A DNA stretch of 64,000 bases from Tubulanus polymorphus (lineage: Eukaryota > Animalia > Nemertea), in the NCBI RefSeq assembly GCF_964204645.1, contig NC_134035.1, positions 4,402,001 through 4,466,000 of the forward strand. Direction: 5' to 3'. Both the position numbers and the translations under genes were made by a program. Below the pieces are notes generated by a model that ran no database searches, had not been told where the DNA came from, and saw only the letters and a program-made list of their open reading frames with translations. This document shows positions 13,086 to 27,132 of the stretch, one piece after another; positions within the stretch are counted from its first letter, which is position 1, and each line of letters starts with the position of its first letter.

Positions 13086-15460
13086 TGCGAATACAATCGT
13101 ATATTGTATGCCATAATTTTAGAGGTTTAGCGCCAAACCTTTACTTTTTACGTCCACCACTCTGAAAATCAGTCACCCTTTATAACATATCTGCTGCCCC
13201 TACACGACTGGATGTCGCCGGATAATTGCTTTAAATTAAAGGGTTAATGCAAAAAATGGAAGATTGCACAAACATTAAGCTTAAATTTTTTGTATTTTTG
13301 TCGTGTGATTGAAATGAAAGCCTTGCTAGTTCAGCAGACATGATGTCATGCACTTAACAGTGAATGCAACCTGCGTTAAAATTCCAGCCTATGGAGAACT
13401 TATATATAGGCCCTATATATTTATTTATTTTGATCTGATATAAATCTTACAATATCAATATTATTGATTTTTGATTGTCAATATTTACATTGGTAAGCTC
13501 ATTTGTTATATAAGATGAGGGACACAGTGCTATGATATATTATTTCATGTTCGCGGTAATGCTCCTAAGATTCTGCTAGTCGTTGAATTTTTGGCGACTG
13601 TCATTCCCGCGTTATGGATGAGTTGCTATTAATCGAATTTTCTTTGTTTACATAACGCGTTACGTGGAACTCGGTAAAATCCAGACTTTTGGAATTGTAT
13701 TATGCATGTTTATAGGAGTTGAATACTAAAGAAATTGAAAGTCGATCGGTAATAATTGCAAATCGTAGTTGAGCGGAGTCTGTATGGAAATAAACTAACC
13801 CAAAATCATTTGAACTGGATCAAGTTGATTCTCTTATCAATTTCCTCTTTTATTCCTAATCAGGGTGGCGCCACTTAACACCTGGAAATCAGGGAATAGA
13901 CAGGGATTTTTCATTTCTTTAAGGAAAAAGTCAGGGAGTTAAGTAAAAAAACGCTAAAAATCAGGGAAATGTCGGGGAATTTGTTGAGATCGCTTATAAT
14001 CAAACAGTTTCCGTCCATCTCTTACCTACTTGACTGTTTAATTGGTTTGATTCTTAGCAGACCAAGTCAGGGAAAACAACATGCATGTCAGGGAATAGTC
14101 GGGGAAAGTTGTGGGGAGGGGGGGTGGTGAGAAGTAAATCAAATAAAAGTGGTCATCCTCATATTCCACTACATGTGTATGTATTTGTTAAAATATTCGT
14201 TTAAAAGGAGATGAATAAAGATGTTATCGTATTAATTTAGACGAGCCGCAATCTATGAATATTCGGATAAACGTCCGAAAATGTGAAGACGAAATCTTTC
14301 CTAAACGTCAGCACAGCGGATTTTATAGTTATGATTCTATCGAAAATATCGCAAGTTTGTAATATACGTATGCGGAACTGGATGTAGTTCGTCATCAGAT
14401 TTCGCCGCTCGCGAACGAAATGTAGCGATTCCGACGAAAGTACTCTCGAATGGACGCTGTACCTGAATCCCGTACGGTTTCATGGTGATTTTATGTATTT
14501 GTTTGTGACAGTTTTCGTCATAAAATCCGCGTCGAATCGAGTTTCATCGATTTTCTCGGAATCGACGGAAGACCGATGAGTTTGTTTATTTTCGCCGATC
14601 TTCGATAGAAAAATCTTGACGAACAGAGACGCGAAGCCGACCCTGTTCCATTTGTTTCCGGATCGTTTACAAATTCTGGTCCCAAAGCTCATATAACCCT
14701 TTCAGTGATCACTATAATTGATCCTCTCAAAGTGCGGAACTGGGTTCCGCAGTTGTGAGTTAGAGTTAATTCTGAGTTGAAGTTAGTTCATCTTCAATGA
14801 GTTAAATCAGATTTAAATCTTAGCTCGGAACTGTGGAACTGGACCCTGGAGATGTATGATGGGCACACCACTATAATGCGTCTACGCCGAAGTGCGGTGT
14901 ATCGTTAGTCACTACTATTTCACTACGTTTGACCGGTGCTGCCATCTTTCGAAAGACTTAAAAACTAACAGATTCTGCGCTAACAGATTCTGTAAAATCG
15001 TTTTCTATAAGATTTATTTCGTATTACATGTTGTATATTGAATCAAGGAGAAATAGATGTCATATCAATTGATTGTGACACATGATGCTTTGGGGAGATC
15101 CTATAGAGCACTGGATTGTTGAGACCCCTTTTGTTAGAAATGATTACTTAAGCAAGGGTGGATTTAGGGGCGTTGGTCCCCGGGGTACAAACACCTGCCT
15201 TCCCGCTGATGTTGCCCAAGACAAAACTTGCAAATTTGACACTCATCCCCTCGAAATCTGGGACGTATTTCTTCAAAAATATCTTAAATATACCGGGGTT
15301 GGCCTTTGACATGTCCGCTTCGTCCGAGAAATGCCTTTGATTTACTTCTGGACCGACCAGAATTTTCCTAGATCCACCCCTGGTTGTTACCGCTATAGTA
15401 TCAACGCCCGAACCTGTATTTGTTTTCTCGTCGATAAAATGATTTTGATCTCGTTTCCAG

Positions 15461-15718
15461 GTGACTGATATAATGCTGCAGGAACGGCTGTATCCGCACT
15501 GGGCGAAACACGTCCGTAAATGGTGGCGCGTCGGCAACAAACGAATCTATTTGTTCTGGTTTCTGGTGATCGCGTTGACGGTCGTCGTCGTGACGGTGAT
15601 CGTTACGGACGTGATTAGCTGGGATCGTATGAACCACGATTTCATGCCGACGAACGAAGTGTCGCGCGCGTTTTTGGCTTCGTTCATACTCGTAATGGAT
15701 TTGTTCATCGTCATGCAG
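15461..15718 (+). CDS. TMEM117: TMEM117 coding exon (258 nt, phase 0/0)
   Basis: ttccag| ... CAG|gtaacg; VTDIMLQERLYPHWAK...ISWDRMNHDFMPTNEVSRAFLASFILVMDLFIVMQ. Confidence 0.95.
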
Positions 15719-15848
15719 GTAACGATCGGGCAACAAGTTGGGAAACGAATTCGCGGAACTTGGCCGAGCCGACTTATCACCAGCGTACTGCGACCATATT
15801 CATCGATACGCCTATTGATATGTCCATATTCACTCGCCTAGTCTCTAG

Positions 15849-16311
15849 CATCCTACCCCCCCCCCCCCAGGTAGGGATTCGAACCTGATGGCATCGCTAG
15901 AATCAGCCGCGGCATGAAACCCTGCCACACCAGACCTGGGGCCAGTTGCACAGTCCAAAAGTGGTCTTTAATCTTTAGACTGGTCTTAAGTTGGTAGATT
16001 GGCTATAGAACTAAGTTGGTTTTAGACTGGTCTTAAGTCTAAGCCATGACTATGCAACCAACCCCTGGTGTGCAGGTACATGCGCAGCTTTGTCACATGA
16101 AAACTTGCCACGCCAATCAGATTGTCTGTTATATACTATCGCCGAGGCAAATTTCACGGATAACTCGAAATGGAAAAATCCAGGCGAAGGTGAAATTGGA
16201 TTTCTGATTGGCTAATAATGACATCATCTAAGCATGCGGGCTAGTGTGGCGGGGTTTCGTAACTTGGAAAGTCTCAATGCCATCAGGTTCGAACCTTTGT
16301 TGTGGAAGCAT
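15849..16311. mobile_element. MITE with GGGATTCGAACCTGATGGCATCG termini, carrying a nested small MITE (~15938-16066)
   Basis: Left GGGATTCGAACCTGATGGCATCG, right ATGCCATCAGGTTCGAACC; same family as 42995-43516. Confidence 0.75.
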
Positions 16312-16437
16312 TTCGTTACTACGTATGCATTAACTAAATAGCCAAGAGGCTTTTATGAATATGGCGACTGGTGGCAATTTAGCTAACAACAAGGCGTGGC
16401 CAGCTTTCGTGAATTCGGTCCATAACTATAAATCGCT

Positions 16438-16800
16438 TCTATAACCAGTTAACCCTTTCAATTCTAACATCTATAACCAGTTAACCCTTTCAATTCTAAC
16501 ATCTATAACCAGTTAACCCTTCAAGTTAACCAGTTAACATTCAGAAAATCTAGCTAGTTCCCGACCGACAAGTAAAAATTCTAGTCGTTACAACATCTAT
16601 AACAACTTAACCCTTTCAATTCCACATCTTTAACCAGTTTACCCTTTCAATTCCACATCTATAACCAGTTAACCCTTTCAATTCCACATATATAACCAGT
16701 TAACCACTTCAATTCCACATCTATAACCAGTTAACCCTTTCTATTCCATATTTATAACCAGTGAACCCTTTCTATTCTACATCTATAACAAGTTAACCCG
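16438..16800. repeat. ~32-bp tandem repeat (TTCCACATCTATAACCAGTTAACCCTTTCAA), ~9 copies in two blocks
   Basis: Directly visible. Confidence 0.9.
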
Positions 16801-18012
16801 TTGGATACTAACGTACAATCAATTCCAACCCGCTAACCTATTCTGACTCTGAAAAAGCTGTCGATCGCACACTTCAGTTTTTCGTCAACTCTTCAGTTAT
16901 CGCGGAAAAAGCGTCGTCGCACCTTTTCGCTGATACGCGCTACTTAACGAAGGAAAAATCTCAGTTAATGCATAACGAGTGTTCTATGAACATTTTCCAA
17001 TAATTCCGACAAGTAAACCTACCGTCAGTAAACCTAGAACGACATTCTGTTCTATATAGACTACAGGTTGAGTGTCATGGACTACAGGTTGAATGAAATA
17101 AGTAAGTAGTCTTCATGACTGCTTTTACCATCCACTCATCGCAAATTTCCATTGATGCATTCGGTAGTTTTGACTCACTCATGTGTTTTTCGCGATAACC
17201 GCGAGCGCATAGAGACGACTCGGCACGTGTCAAACTAACCTGGACCAGAGCCGAGTCAACTTTGGCCCGTGCTTTATTAGAGAGAGCGCGTTCACATGTA
17301 AATCACTCGCCTTTTACTAAAATATTATCAAAATGATGCTGTGGTAAGCGAGTCGCTAGTTAGCATTCACACGCAATAATTTGACCTGTGCTAAAATTTA
17401 GCACAGGGCCGGTGCGACGTTTAAAGTCGGGCCAACTCAGCCCACATGGGTTAAACCGATATAGGACATTTATTCGTATTTGCAAACGGTTCTTTTTCGT
17501 GTGATCTATATTTTGTTAAAAGCCTCGAACGCAAAAAATAGAATTGAACCTTTTAGATATATTTTGTTGTCGCCGTTACCATGGTTTTGTAGGTTAGTTT
17601 AATGATGAGCTGCCGAACAGGACAATGAAATTAAAACTGCGCAGGGGCTGAGTTTCATAGATGTGGAAGAAAGATAGTCCCTGGGAACATTTTGAAATTT
17701 GTCAGTTATAACCACGATTTCTCATTGTTCCATTGGTGGTTGTCACCCAGATTGAGGATTTACCCCCAGGGATAACTTAGATACTCAGTCTATGAAACCA
17801 GCCCCTGGAGGTGATGATGAGAGAATGAACTGGATATGAGACTTTTTAAAGTAGAAATATCCTCCGAGGGACCCGAGACAGTTTCGGGTGACTGGAAACG
17901 ATTTCAGTAATAATAATGATAAAACTATATACTTAAGCTTATATAGTGCAGTTATAAAAGCTTAACCATCCCGCTTTACGTTCTAAAGGTACATTACAGA
18001 AACTACAAGTTT

Positions 18013-18237
18013 GACGAGAGAAATCCCACAATAGCGAAGCCAAGATTGAAAAATTCTACATCAGAATGATTGTATTTGGTACCCCCTTTGGTACACCTGA
18101 TGATGGCTAACAGTTGTTAGCCGAAACGTCGCTCCTCAAATACAATCATTCTGATATAGAATTTTTCAATCTTGGCTTCGTTATTGTGGGATTTCTCTCG
18201 TCATCATCATACACGGATATTGTGTATCTTCTCGTCT
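18013..18237 (+). mobile_element. Minimal Penelope-like (pLTR) insertion with hammerhead ribozyme core and inverted tail
   Basis: 12-bp direct repeat AACTACAAGTTT (18001-18012, 18238-18249); ~66-bp inverted arms 18012-18078 / 18137-18203; core CTGATGA-T-GGCTAAC-AGTT-GTTAGCC-GAAAC-GTC at 18097-18130. Confidence 0.8.
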
Positions 18238-18615
18238 AACTACAAGTTTAAATCATTCGCCGTAGGTGTTCGTAAAAAGAACTATTTTCAACCTACAAAT
18301 ATGACAGACGCGCCTCTAGCTCAGATTACGTACTATTCATTATACTCAGTTACGAAATAACTAAGTAGTTGAAATAACGAAATGATTTTGTTTTTTAACT
18401 CTTGGGCCTCATTGTATGACCTGACTAGATGAACTCTGATTTTGAATTTGTATTTAGAGTCTACGGTGGTTATATTTCGAAACTGGACGATAACTCGCCA
18501 CAGTACCATTCGGTGTATTTCTGGGAGAAAGAAAACGTCCCACATGCAAATGGAAGTGGAGAATTGTTTGTCCAGTAACTGTGCTCACTTTTCCTGTGTG
18601 GGCGCGAGGGTATCT

Positions 18616-18859
18616 CAGGGTCCGATCTAAGCACTTATCGGATTGCCCGGGACAAGTATATTCTCATCAGGGCAAGTAGGTTATCACTATCACTTGTCCT
18701 CCGGGCTAGTGCAATTTTAAGGCACGAAGCTTTTTTCCCACTGATAGTGCCACCAATCGGACTGACTGTGAAGTGCAAGTATTTTTTGGAGGGGGCAAGC
18801 GAAATTTCAGATATGCTTGTCCCCGGGCAAGTGGCTTTCATTCCTCAGATCGGACCCTG
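18616..18859. mobile_element. Non-autonomous DNA transposon (hAT-like CAGGG termini) with 6-bp TSD
   Basis: TIR CAGGGTCCGATCT / AGATCGGACCCTG; GTATCT on both sides. Confidence 0.8.
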
Positions 18860-19700
18860 GTATCTATCGGTTACCTGAAGGATTGCGACTATTTGAAGCC
18901 TACTTATTCTCACCGGAATGAATATACCGCTACTCACCGCGGTGTACCGGATTATTGTAGTTCCGGGTTAATTGACCGACGTTGATATAGAGAGACTTAT
19001 TAGCTAGTATCCTCGAGGTGGAACGCCGTCGATTCTGGCAATTCTCATCAGTTCGTTAAAACACTACAGTCGATGTTTTCGCACTGATTTCCCTAGTCAT
19101 CGTAATCTTCGTAACGAGGCGAGTGTTGCTACCGTTTTGCAAAATTTTTCTCTTCGGATGAGGAAACTTTTGATGACGATGTATCTCTTCGCATTGATAA
19201 CGCGCTGTTGATATTGAAGATTTCGTAAAATACCTCTGCCTTAGCCACCCGGTATATCAAATGATGCCGCAATGAAAATTGTTGAATTTAGAAGCGATTT
19301 TTAGCTTTTAAGATTTTAATGGACGACAGACTGGCCACCGACTTTTATTGCAGAATTGCCAACTGTTCCCGATTTTCTGTATTTCGTTACTATTTTATGT
19401 CCGCGACATGCCTGGTCGGATTTGCTTGATGCATACAGAAATGTGAATGATGTAACTGAAGGTTGATTGCTGATCAATTTTGAACATTTTCTTTCATAGT
19501 TCAATGAAATGTTACTGAAAACGTGTCACTGAGGTTGGCAGTCCTAGTACAGATAAATTATGGAATGCTCCCTAATAACACCCCCCTCCCCATCCCACAT
19601 ATGTCGTACATAAGCTTCAGACATCAATAAACTACTTCCCCACTAATTTCACTCTTTGCTGTTACTGCGTACAACATTGTGTTCTCTTTTCTTGCGTCAG

Positions 19701-19830
19701 GATTGGGATTTTCCGCATTTTGTCAATAACTTCGACCTGAAATTACCCGGTATCAACTCGGCGCATTTGCAGTTCCGAATCTGCAAGCCACGTTTTCTGA
19801 ATCAGGAATACTGGACGGTGCACATATCAG
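19701..19830 (+). CDS. TMEM117: TMEM117 coding exon (130 nt)
   Basis: cgtcag| DWDFPHFVNNFDLKLPGINSAHLQFRICKPRFLNQEYWTVHIS G|gtatgt. Confidence 0.93.
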
Positions 19831-20788
19831 GTATGTATGTAATTTGATCTGACACACTTCTGTTTCTGGATGTTTCGTGATATATAGGTTTAGCACGTTG
19901 TTGTGTCGCTTGTCGTAGTCAGCTTTTCTTGTCACCTTCTACCGTACCGCCCACCTCCAGCTTTGTAGGCCTATCATTTACCTTCGATCGCACTTTATAC
20001 GGTGAGACCTTGTCATAATGAAATCATTTATAGATATTGATTAAAGGGATGATTTGGATGTTAATGATACGGTTGGAATAGTTTTTATTAGTGGATATAA
20101 TGAACTGTCAGTTATAACGAACAGATTTTCTTGTCTCCTGAAGTTCGTTGCGACAAGGTTCCACTGTACTTTATTTTAGCTTTCATATCTAGCAATAATC
20201 ATTTATTAATCATATTCAGCACTTTACTCAACCATTGTCTTTCTTGGATGGGGTATGAGGTAGTACGTAATGGTGTATCATTGTAAATGCATGAGAAACT
20301 ATTACACAAAGCGCTTAGTTGGTTCTGATGAAATCTAAATTGCGCATACATTCTATTGATGAATTTTTGCCTTAACTCTTGGCTTAAGTTTTCTCAATAT
20401 ATATGATAGATACATAACTATTTTTCAGAAGGCCGGCAATTGGTGTAAAGTTTTTCGATATCGAACACAAAAACAGCGTTCTCGACAACGGGTGGCCACC
20501 CCTTTCATTTCTACAGCCACCCTTTATGAAATATCTTCCGCCCCTATCAGAGTGGATGTCAATATTCTATAAATGCTGATAGTGGCTTTGAAATGCATTG
20601 AGCTAATGTGAAAAGTAACGCTTGAAAATTTGGCTTGTATTTTCTGTATATTTTGGGGGAATCGAAAGCCTTGCTACTTAAGCCACGATGTCGTACACTT
20701 AACGAATGCTTGTTTAGAATTCTAGCCTATGGAGAATGCTGAAAAGTTAACTCTACTAATAGGAATGTCAATGCCTTTCTCTTCGCAG

Positions 20789-21345
20789 GAAAATGGTTCA
20801 ACTACGGCATAATATTCATGGTGATGCTGCTCGATTTGAACATGTGGAAAAATCAGATATTCTACGAGCCGAACGAGTACGGTCAGTACGTGAACAACTA
20901 CCGCAAAATACACACCGTCCGAAACAGTCGACAGCTACGCGAGCACAACGCGACCATGTTGACCTACGACTGGCGGTCGACGAACGTCAACAACGCAACT
21001 GGCGATGTGTACCTCGCCGAAGACATGGTCATGAACACGAAGTACAGCGGCTACAGCTTGCCCATCAAAGGAATCGCGTTCATACCGAGTTTGCTGGCGT
21101 TCGTCGTGTTCGGCGTACTCGTCTACTGGTACGGCCGATTCAAGCCGAATCGCAAGAACGTCTACGCCGGCCGGCTGAAGAAACGACGCAAACGCGCCGA
21201 CGCCGGCGCCACCGTTGCGCCGAAATCGAAGAACGTCGACTCGTCGCCGTCTTGGCAGACGGTCGCGGCGGTGCCCGATTCGATCGTCGTATCGAACGAT
21301 GGCGGCGGAAAAATTCGAAATTCGTTCAAAACGACGCGCATTTGA
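20789..21345 (+). CDS. TMEM117: TMEM117 last coding exon
   Basis: tcgcag|GA completes G-KWFNYGIIFMVMLLDLNMWKNQIFYEPNEYGQY...AFIPSLLAFVVFGVLVYWYGRF; stop TGA ends at 21345; phases consistent across the four exons. Confidence 0.95.
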
Positions 21346-22146
21346 ATTCGAGAAGTAACAAAACAAGAATCGGCGATTTCCTGTTCGGAGCTGCTAGAGT
21401 ACACATGAACTCCCGTACGTACCCTCGTTATACTAATGGACAGTTATCTGCATTTTAGCGATTTAGCAAAAAAAGTGTTTAATTTCGAGCCTCTCGAGCT
21501 TCAGAAAAACATGACTATGAAAATATTAGACCCGGTTCCACGGTAGCGAGTCGGGTTTTTCTGATTCGTGCCGATTCAAATTTAACTGGTAATAATTGCG
21601 CAGCTCATTCCCGACTCAGTCCAGAATCGAATCAAACCCGCACAACTGCAGACTGGGTCCGGAATCGAAATCTACCCAGCTCGGGTGTGGACGGCTAGTA
21701 AAATTAGCACCCTGCTCGGGATATGAACCCTTCGGGTAGGTATATGATTCTTGTGATAGGTACCTCTCTTATACGACGAATCAAGAATATTTATGAAAAG
21801 ATATCTCCTTACAGTTTATCGAAAATACGTGTACACACAATATAGATATTCGATATTTTAATGTACGGCTGAAACTAATGTTGACGTTAAGTTGAAGCCT
21901 GTTATATTTTGTGAAGTACTTAGAAATGTCCAAGTGAGTAAAGTAGTACCAGGTAGTTAGTACGCGGCCAGTTACTTGTTAGTAGGTGTCTGAATAGTTA
22001 GTTGTTTAATGAAATGTGAAAATGCGTGTTCGTGTATATAGAGTCCTCTATTTTATTCAGAATCACTGTTTATAGAACAAAGATTTTAACCCATTCCCAT
22101 CCACTGTTGTTAGTTGTTCAGAAACTATGGGTGTTATCGAAAATGG

Positions 22147-22535
22147 CTGACTGACTGTGCTACCACTAGGATTCAAAGACATGACCCTGGATTGACGACA
22201 GACCAGTGAAAGACTGACTGACTGACTGACTGACTGACTGACTGACTGACTGACTGACTGACTGACTGACTGACTGACTGACTGACTGACTGACTGACCG
22301 ACTGACTGACTGACTGCTACAACCAAGATTCAATTGCATGAGCCCTGGATTGACAACAGACCAGTGAGACTGACTGACTGAGTGACCGACTGACTGACTG
22401 CTACCACCAAGACTCAATGCATGAACCCTGGATTGACGGGACCAGTGAAAGACTGACTGACTGCTGCCACCAGGATTCAATCGCAGATTGGTGAGAGACT
22501 GACTAGCTGGCTGCTACCACCAGGATTCAAACGCA
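22147..22535. repeat. (GACT)n microsatellite embedded in a higher-order tandem unit (TGCTACCACCAGGATTCAA..CATGAxCCCTGGATTGAC..ACCAGTGA)
   Basis: Pure GACT run 22212-22316 plus ~4 flanking compound units. Confidence 0.9.
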
Positions 22536-23710
22536 TGAATTTCGAGTTTTGGTGGAGCTTGGTCTGACAATTTCAGGACTGGTTGGGGAAGGGTTATTTT
22601 CTTGACAATTAGAATAATATATTTTTCAAACGTGATCACTTGCCCATTCAATCAATCAAACAATCAATCAAATAAATATGTCGATAATATTTATTGAATA
22701 GTTAAGACAGCTCTGTGTACGCAAATGAATGATATTTCGAATATTTTTAGACAGAAATACTAAAGATAGTTTTAGTAAGGTGTATGCCTCATTGTGCAGG
22801 CGTATATATTTTATTTTTTCAGAAGGTATATTTGCAATGCAAAAGGCCCGATAGTTAGGCCCGATAGTCTGAAAATCCTAAAACGCTCAATCGATAATAA
22901 TTAAAGGAAAATATTGTTGATTTCAATTAACCCCATCCCCCTCACACACACACATACACACAGCTGCCAACCGTTCCTGATTTTCAGTATTTGTTACTAT
23001 TTTATGATGAGAAATACTGATTTGATGTTGTTTGGTGCATAGAGAAGTATGAAAGATGTTACTGAGGGTCTCATTGTTGATTTCTGATTACTTTGAACAT
23101 TTTCTTTCATATTTCGACGAAATGTTACTGAAAAAAATTCGATTCGTTACTGATAGCGCTTTTCAGAGGTTGGCAGCTCTGCATACACACCTTAAGCCCG
23201 ACACACTACGCACGGAAACACGTAAACAAGAGACAAGCGTTTCTCCGTATCGCAGAACAATGTTGTCTGAAAATCACGATTGTCGATGACAATGGTGTCG
23301 GAGATCGAACACTATCAATTCCATGTTCCACTCCGCGTCGTTCGCATCGGGCGTCATAGAGCACCGTTGTTAATTGTTTTTCGGGTTTGATTACTGCTGA
23401 ACTGGTTCTCGTTTTTATCATGGTTATTGACGCAATATATTTCGCGAGTTTCAATATTTCAATCACACTGCAGCAGCAGCGCATCGTTCAACACACAGCT
23501 GATATGAAGATGCCACTTTGAAGCGAGTTGTGCTCGGTTTCTTATTTCACGTTATTACGCGATATGTTTCGTAATTGAGTCACTTGTATTAATTACCTAC
23601 TTTTTCATATTTGTTCACCATTCATAACGTCAATGTCACTCATCGAGTTCAGATTCTTTGTTATTTTTCTTCTTTTTTTTCAAAGATATTTTTCTGCTGT
23701 TTCTATATAC

Positions 23711-23812
<102 letters not shown>

Positions 23813-25349
23813 TAAATGAATGTTTTAATGTTTTATATGTGATTATATTCGATATCAAGGAATGAAATTGTCGTGCGTTGAAAATAAATACTGTTGAAGA
23901 ATTGTTCGAAAGTTGATGAGAATTCGTTTGTTCTTTTCTTGCCGCAGTTGGAGATTTTGATGCAAGTCGTCGTCGCATTGCTTAAGTTTTCAACTTTTCG
24001 AGTCCCAATTTGTATTCTCAATTCAATTTACTAAGCGTAAGTCTTTGCTTTTTTTCACAGTCCCCAGAGATGACTTTTATGACTTGCTTAAGTCTTTCGT
24101 AGAAGATAGGTCTACTACAAGGACAGTCTGGTGTACATGTTTGTAGATAGTTGAGACTATTTTCAGTTTGGATATATAGTTGTTTCACCCACAATATAAA
24201 TTCAACAAACAGTTGTTATAACTTTTGTTCTGACGTTTCAGGAGGATACATGGTGTTGTGTACATGTATTTTATATTGCCAGCGTATCCCCTCGGTGACG
24301 TGATGGGTGATGGCATTGTGACATTCTCATTGCCTGGATTTAAGAAGATGTGTCTTGCGTATTAAGTTGAAATGTTGTTATTGAGATTTTGTTTCAATTG
24401 ATTTCAGACTTTTAGAATATCAACTATCTATAATCTTAAAGCCCCAATAAGTAATGAAGGTATGTGAATAAGTTTCCAGTTGAAAGATTGCCTGATGTTT
24501 TTAGTTGAATTCTGTCCTATGATGCTGAACTGGTGCCAGGTGACCAGTCTCGGCTCTTTTATTTTTTTGTTCTTGGCTTTAGTCGGCCCACTGTTTATAA
24601 AATCCTATAAGGGATCATTCATTTATTACGTACACATTAAGATTTGGATTTTTCACCCCCTCTTTCATGCAAAATCGGCAATTTTTTCATATACATTAAG
24701 CATTATAGTAATACAGTACGCAATGTATTTGTATACAAATTGGCAAGGGGTAGGTCATACATTTAAAAGCAGGTATCAATCTGCTGCCCACACTCTCAGA
24801 CAATCCCCATTTGATGGGTGAAGTCTGGACAATCTGATTTTCTATGAATAATGGCAAAAGGTGATGAAGTTTTACGTCTCTACAGTAGAACTTGCTTGTA
24901 CTTGAAAATTTTGTAAGAATTAAATGAAATGCGAATTATGTGCTCTCATTTGAATAGAAGTAACCAAGAGGGGACTGGAATTTTACTTCAAAATAAGTGA
25001 AAATCCGAATAGCACCGATCCGTATTTAGCAAGTTATACCATATAAACCGTGGAGATGAGGCAAAAAACGGATTTCATTTTCAAATGAAATACGCCCGAG
25101 TTCTGGTGAAGTAATCAGTTTTGTACGGTGGGAAAACGTCTTGCAGATTGATAGTCTCAATAGATCCTAGTCTTCCTTTTCCTCATGACAAGACCAAAAT
25201 ACTGTAAATGTCACCCTACTCAGACATGGCCCACTCTTGACTAAAATTACATAACGTACGGTAATGCCTTTTGCTATCCTTACCTCCGACCAATTTTGCC
25301 AGTCCTAGAAGTATGAGTTATTACGAGTTAGGCAAGGTTTATTGTCATA

Positions 25350-25525
25350 CAGTGGAACCTTACAATGAACTGTGATACAACAATTCATCGGATATAACAA
25401 ATATAGAATTTCGTCCGAAGTAAGAGAATCTAATTAATTTCATTCATTCTGGATATAACCAACTGTCGGTTATAACGAACATATTTTCTGGTGCCGTTGA
25501 AGTTCGCTGTAACGAGGTTTCACTG
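25350..25525. mobile_element. Tc1/mariner (Tigger-like) MITE; a half copy lies at ~20100-20167 (-)
   Basis: TA|CAGTGGAACCT...AACGAGGTTTCACTG|TA. Confidence 0.75.
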
Positions 25526-25787
25526 TACATATGAGAAAAATTATCACAACATATCCTCAATGGGGGCTGTCTCTTCTGCTGCTCAGCACCGGCAAGAATA
25601 AGCCACCAAAAATTCTAATTCCCTACTGGGATAAATCTGGAGTTCCTCTATTTCTCCTACGAACGACCCTCTAACAACTATCCAAAATAAATCCCACCAA
25701 AAAATAACAAATCCGACGAAACATTTCCAGAAACATTTTTTTCTTCGTTTATTTTACATAATTACGAGTGTATAATTTACACGGTAT

Positions 25788-25979
<192 letters not shown>

Positions 25980-26359
25980 TCAATCAAATTCTCGAATCGG
26001 CCTTCACCGCATCACTCGGATACCGGCACTCACCAGATGGCGCAACATAAACGCTGGGTTATTCGTAACAAAAATCACTTCATTTCCAATGAATTTAGAA
26101 CTTGATTTTTAGGCCACCAAACAAGTCATCCAATTTCTCACTCAGTTTATGGCATAGATTTCATTGAAAATTGATTTAAGTGAGTGATACAAATTTAATC
26201 GAAATCAAGAAGGCAATTGAAACGTGGTAACCCAGTGCCAATGACAATCCCGACCGATTAACGTCCAGTCCTGGCGGGTATTCCATTGGAATAAGAAAAT
26301 TCTAAAACATCTCTTTTCACACAACGATCAGAGATAACAGTATATACTACTGAACTTAC

Positions 26360-26407
26360 ACTTTTGATAGTAGGCGACCAGAGATTTCGATACGGCCTGT
26401 CTGATAG
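26360..26407 (-). CDS. RPS16: RPS16 coding exon (48 nt)
   Basis: AIRQAVSKSLVAYYQK; ttccag| and |gtaagt. Confidence 0.97.
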
Positions 26408-26516
26408 CTGGAAAAAAGATAGAAAAACAATTTTTTGAAAGTCTGAATTCGGAGTGAAAATCTAGTAAAAACGTTCTAGAACTGGTAAATTGAGTTTCGC
26501 ACGAAGCGGCGCTTAC

Positions 26517-26613
26517 CGTAGATCTGAGCGATGTGACCGCCACCTTTTACGCGTACACGGATATCAACACCAGCGAATCTTTCTTTGCCGAGCAACAAAA
26601 CTGGTTCCAACAA
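26517..26613 (-). CDS. RPS16: RPS16 coding exon (97 nt)
   Basis: [32 protein letters not shown]; ttgcag| and |gtaagc. Confidence 0.97.
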
Positions 26614-27132
26614 CTGCAAGCATTAACGAAAACATCGAATTCTAAAACAAGGACTTCAATATATCCAGTAACAGCTTACTGTTCCGCAGCTAATCTAGCA
26701 AGTTAAAACCAGTGTAAGCTTATTTTGGTTCTATAGCTTATCTAACAACTAATGACCAAGTCTTCATTTTAAAATTTTTCTAACAATTTTAGACCAGTAT
26801 ATGTCCATCTTAGTCCCGTAAGAGGTAATTTATTCATTACAACACGCATTAGAAGGGGGTTGAAATATCCAACATTTTTATGCGTACGTCACAATTGAAT
26901 GATCCCCAATCGAAAAACTTAAGAACATTACCCTTAGCTGCCTTTGGTCCAATGACCAATCCAACAACTAAAGGACCGATCTTTTAATTCTTGTTCGTCC
27001 AATAATCTAACAACTTAAGAACAGCCTAAACTCATTTTGGTCTAATAAAACCAGTCTTAAGTTTTGAGACTGCCGTAACTTCGCCGAGATACTAAATTTG
27101 AAAACGGGGAAGTATCCCGTTATTTAACGCAC

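Noticed and set aside
15872-15900. tRNA gene suggested by GGTTCGAATCCC
   Set aside because: No cloverleaf or A-box; the motif is part of a MITE TIR.
20793-21458. Long alternative-frame and antisense ORFs over the TMEM117 last exon (likewise over the methyltransferase)
   Set aside because: Shadow ORFs of GC-rich coding sequence; no recognisable motifs.
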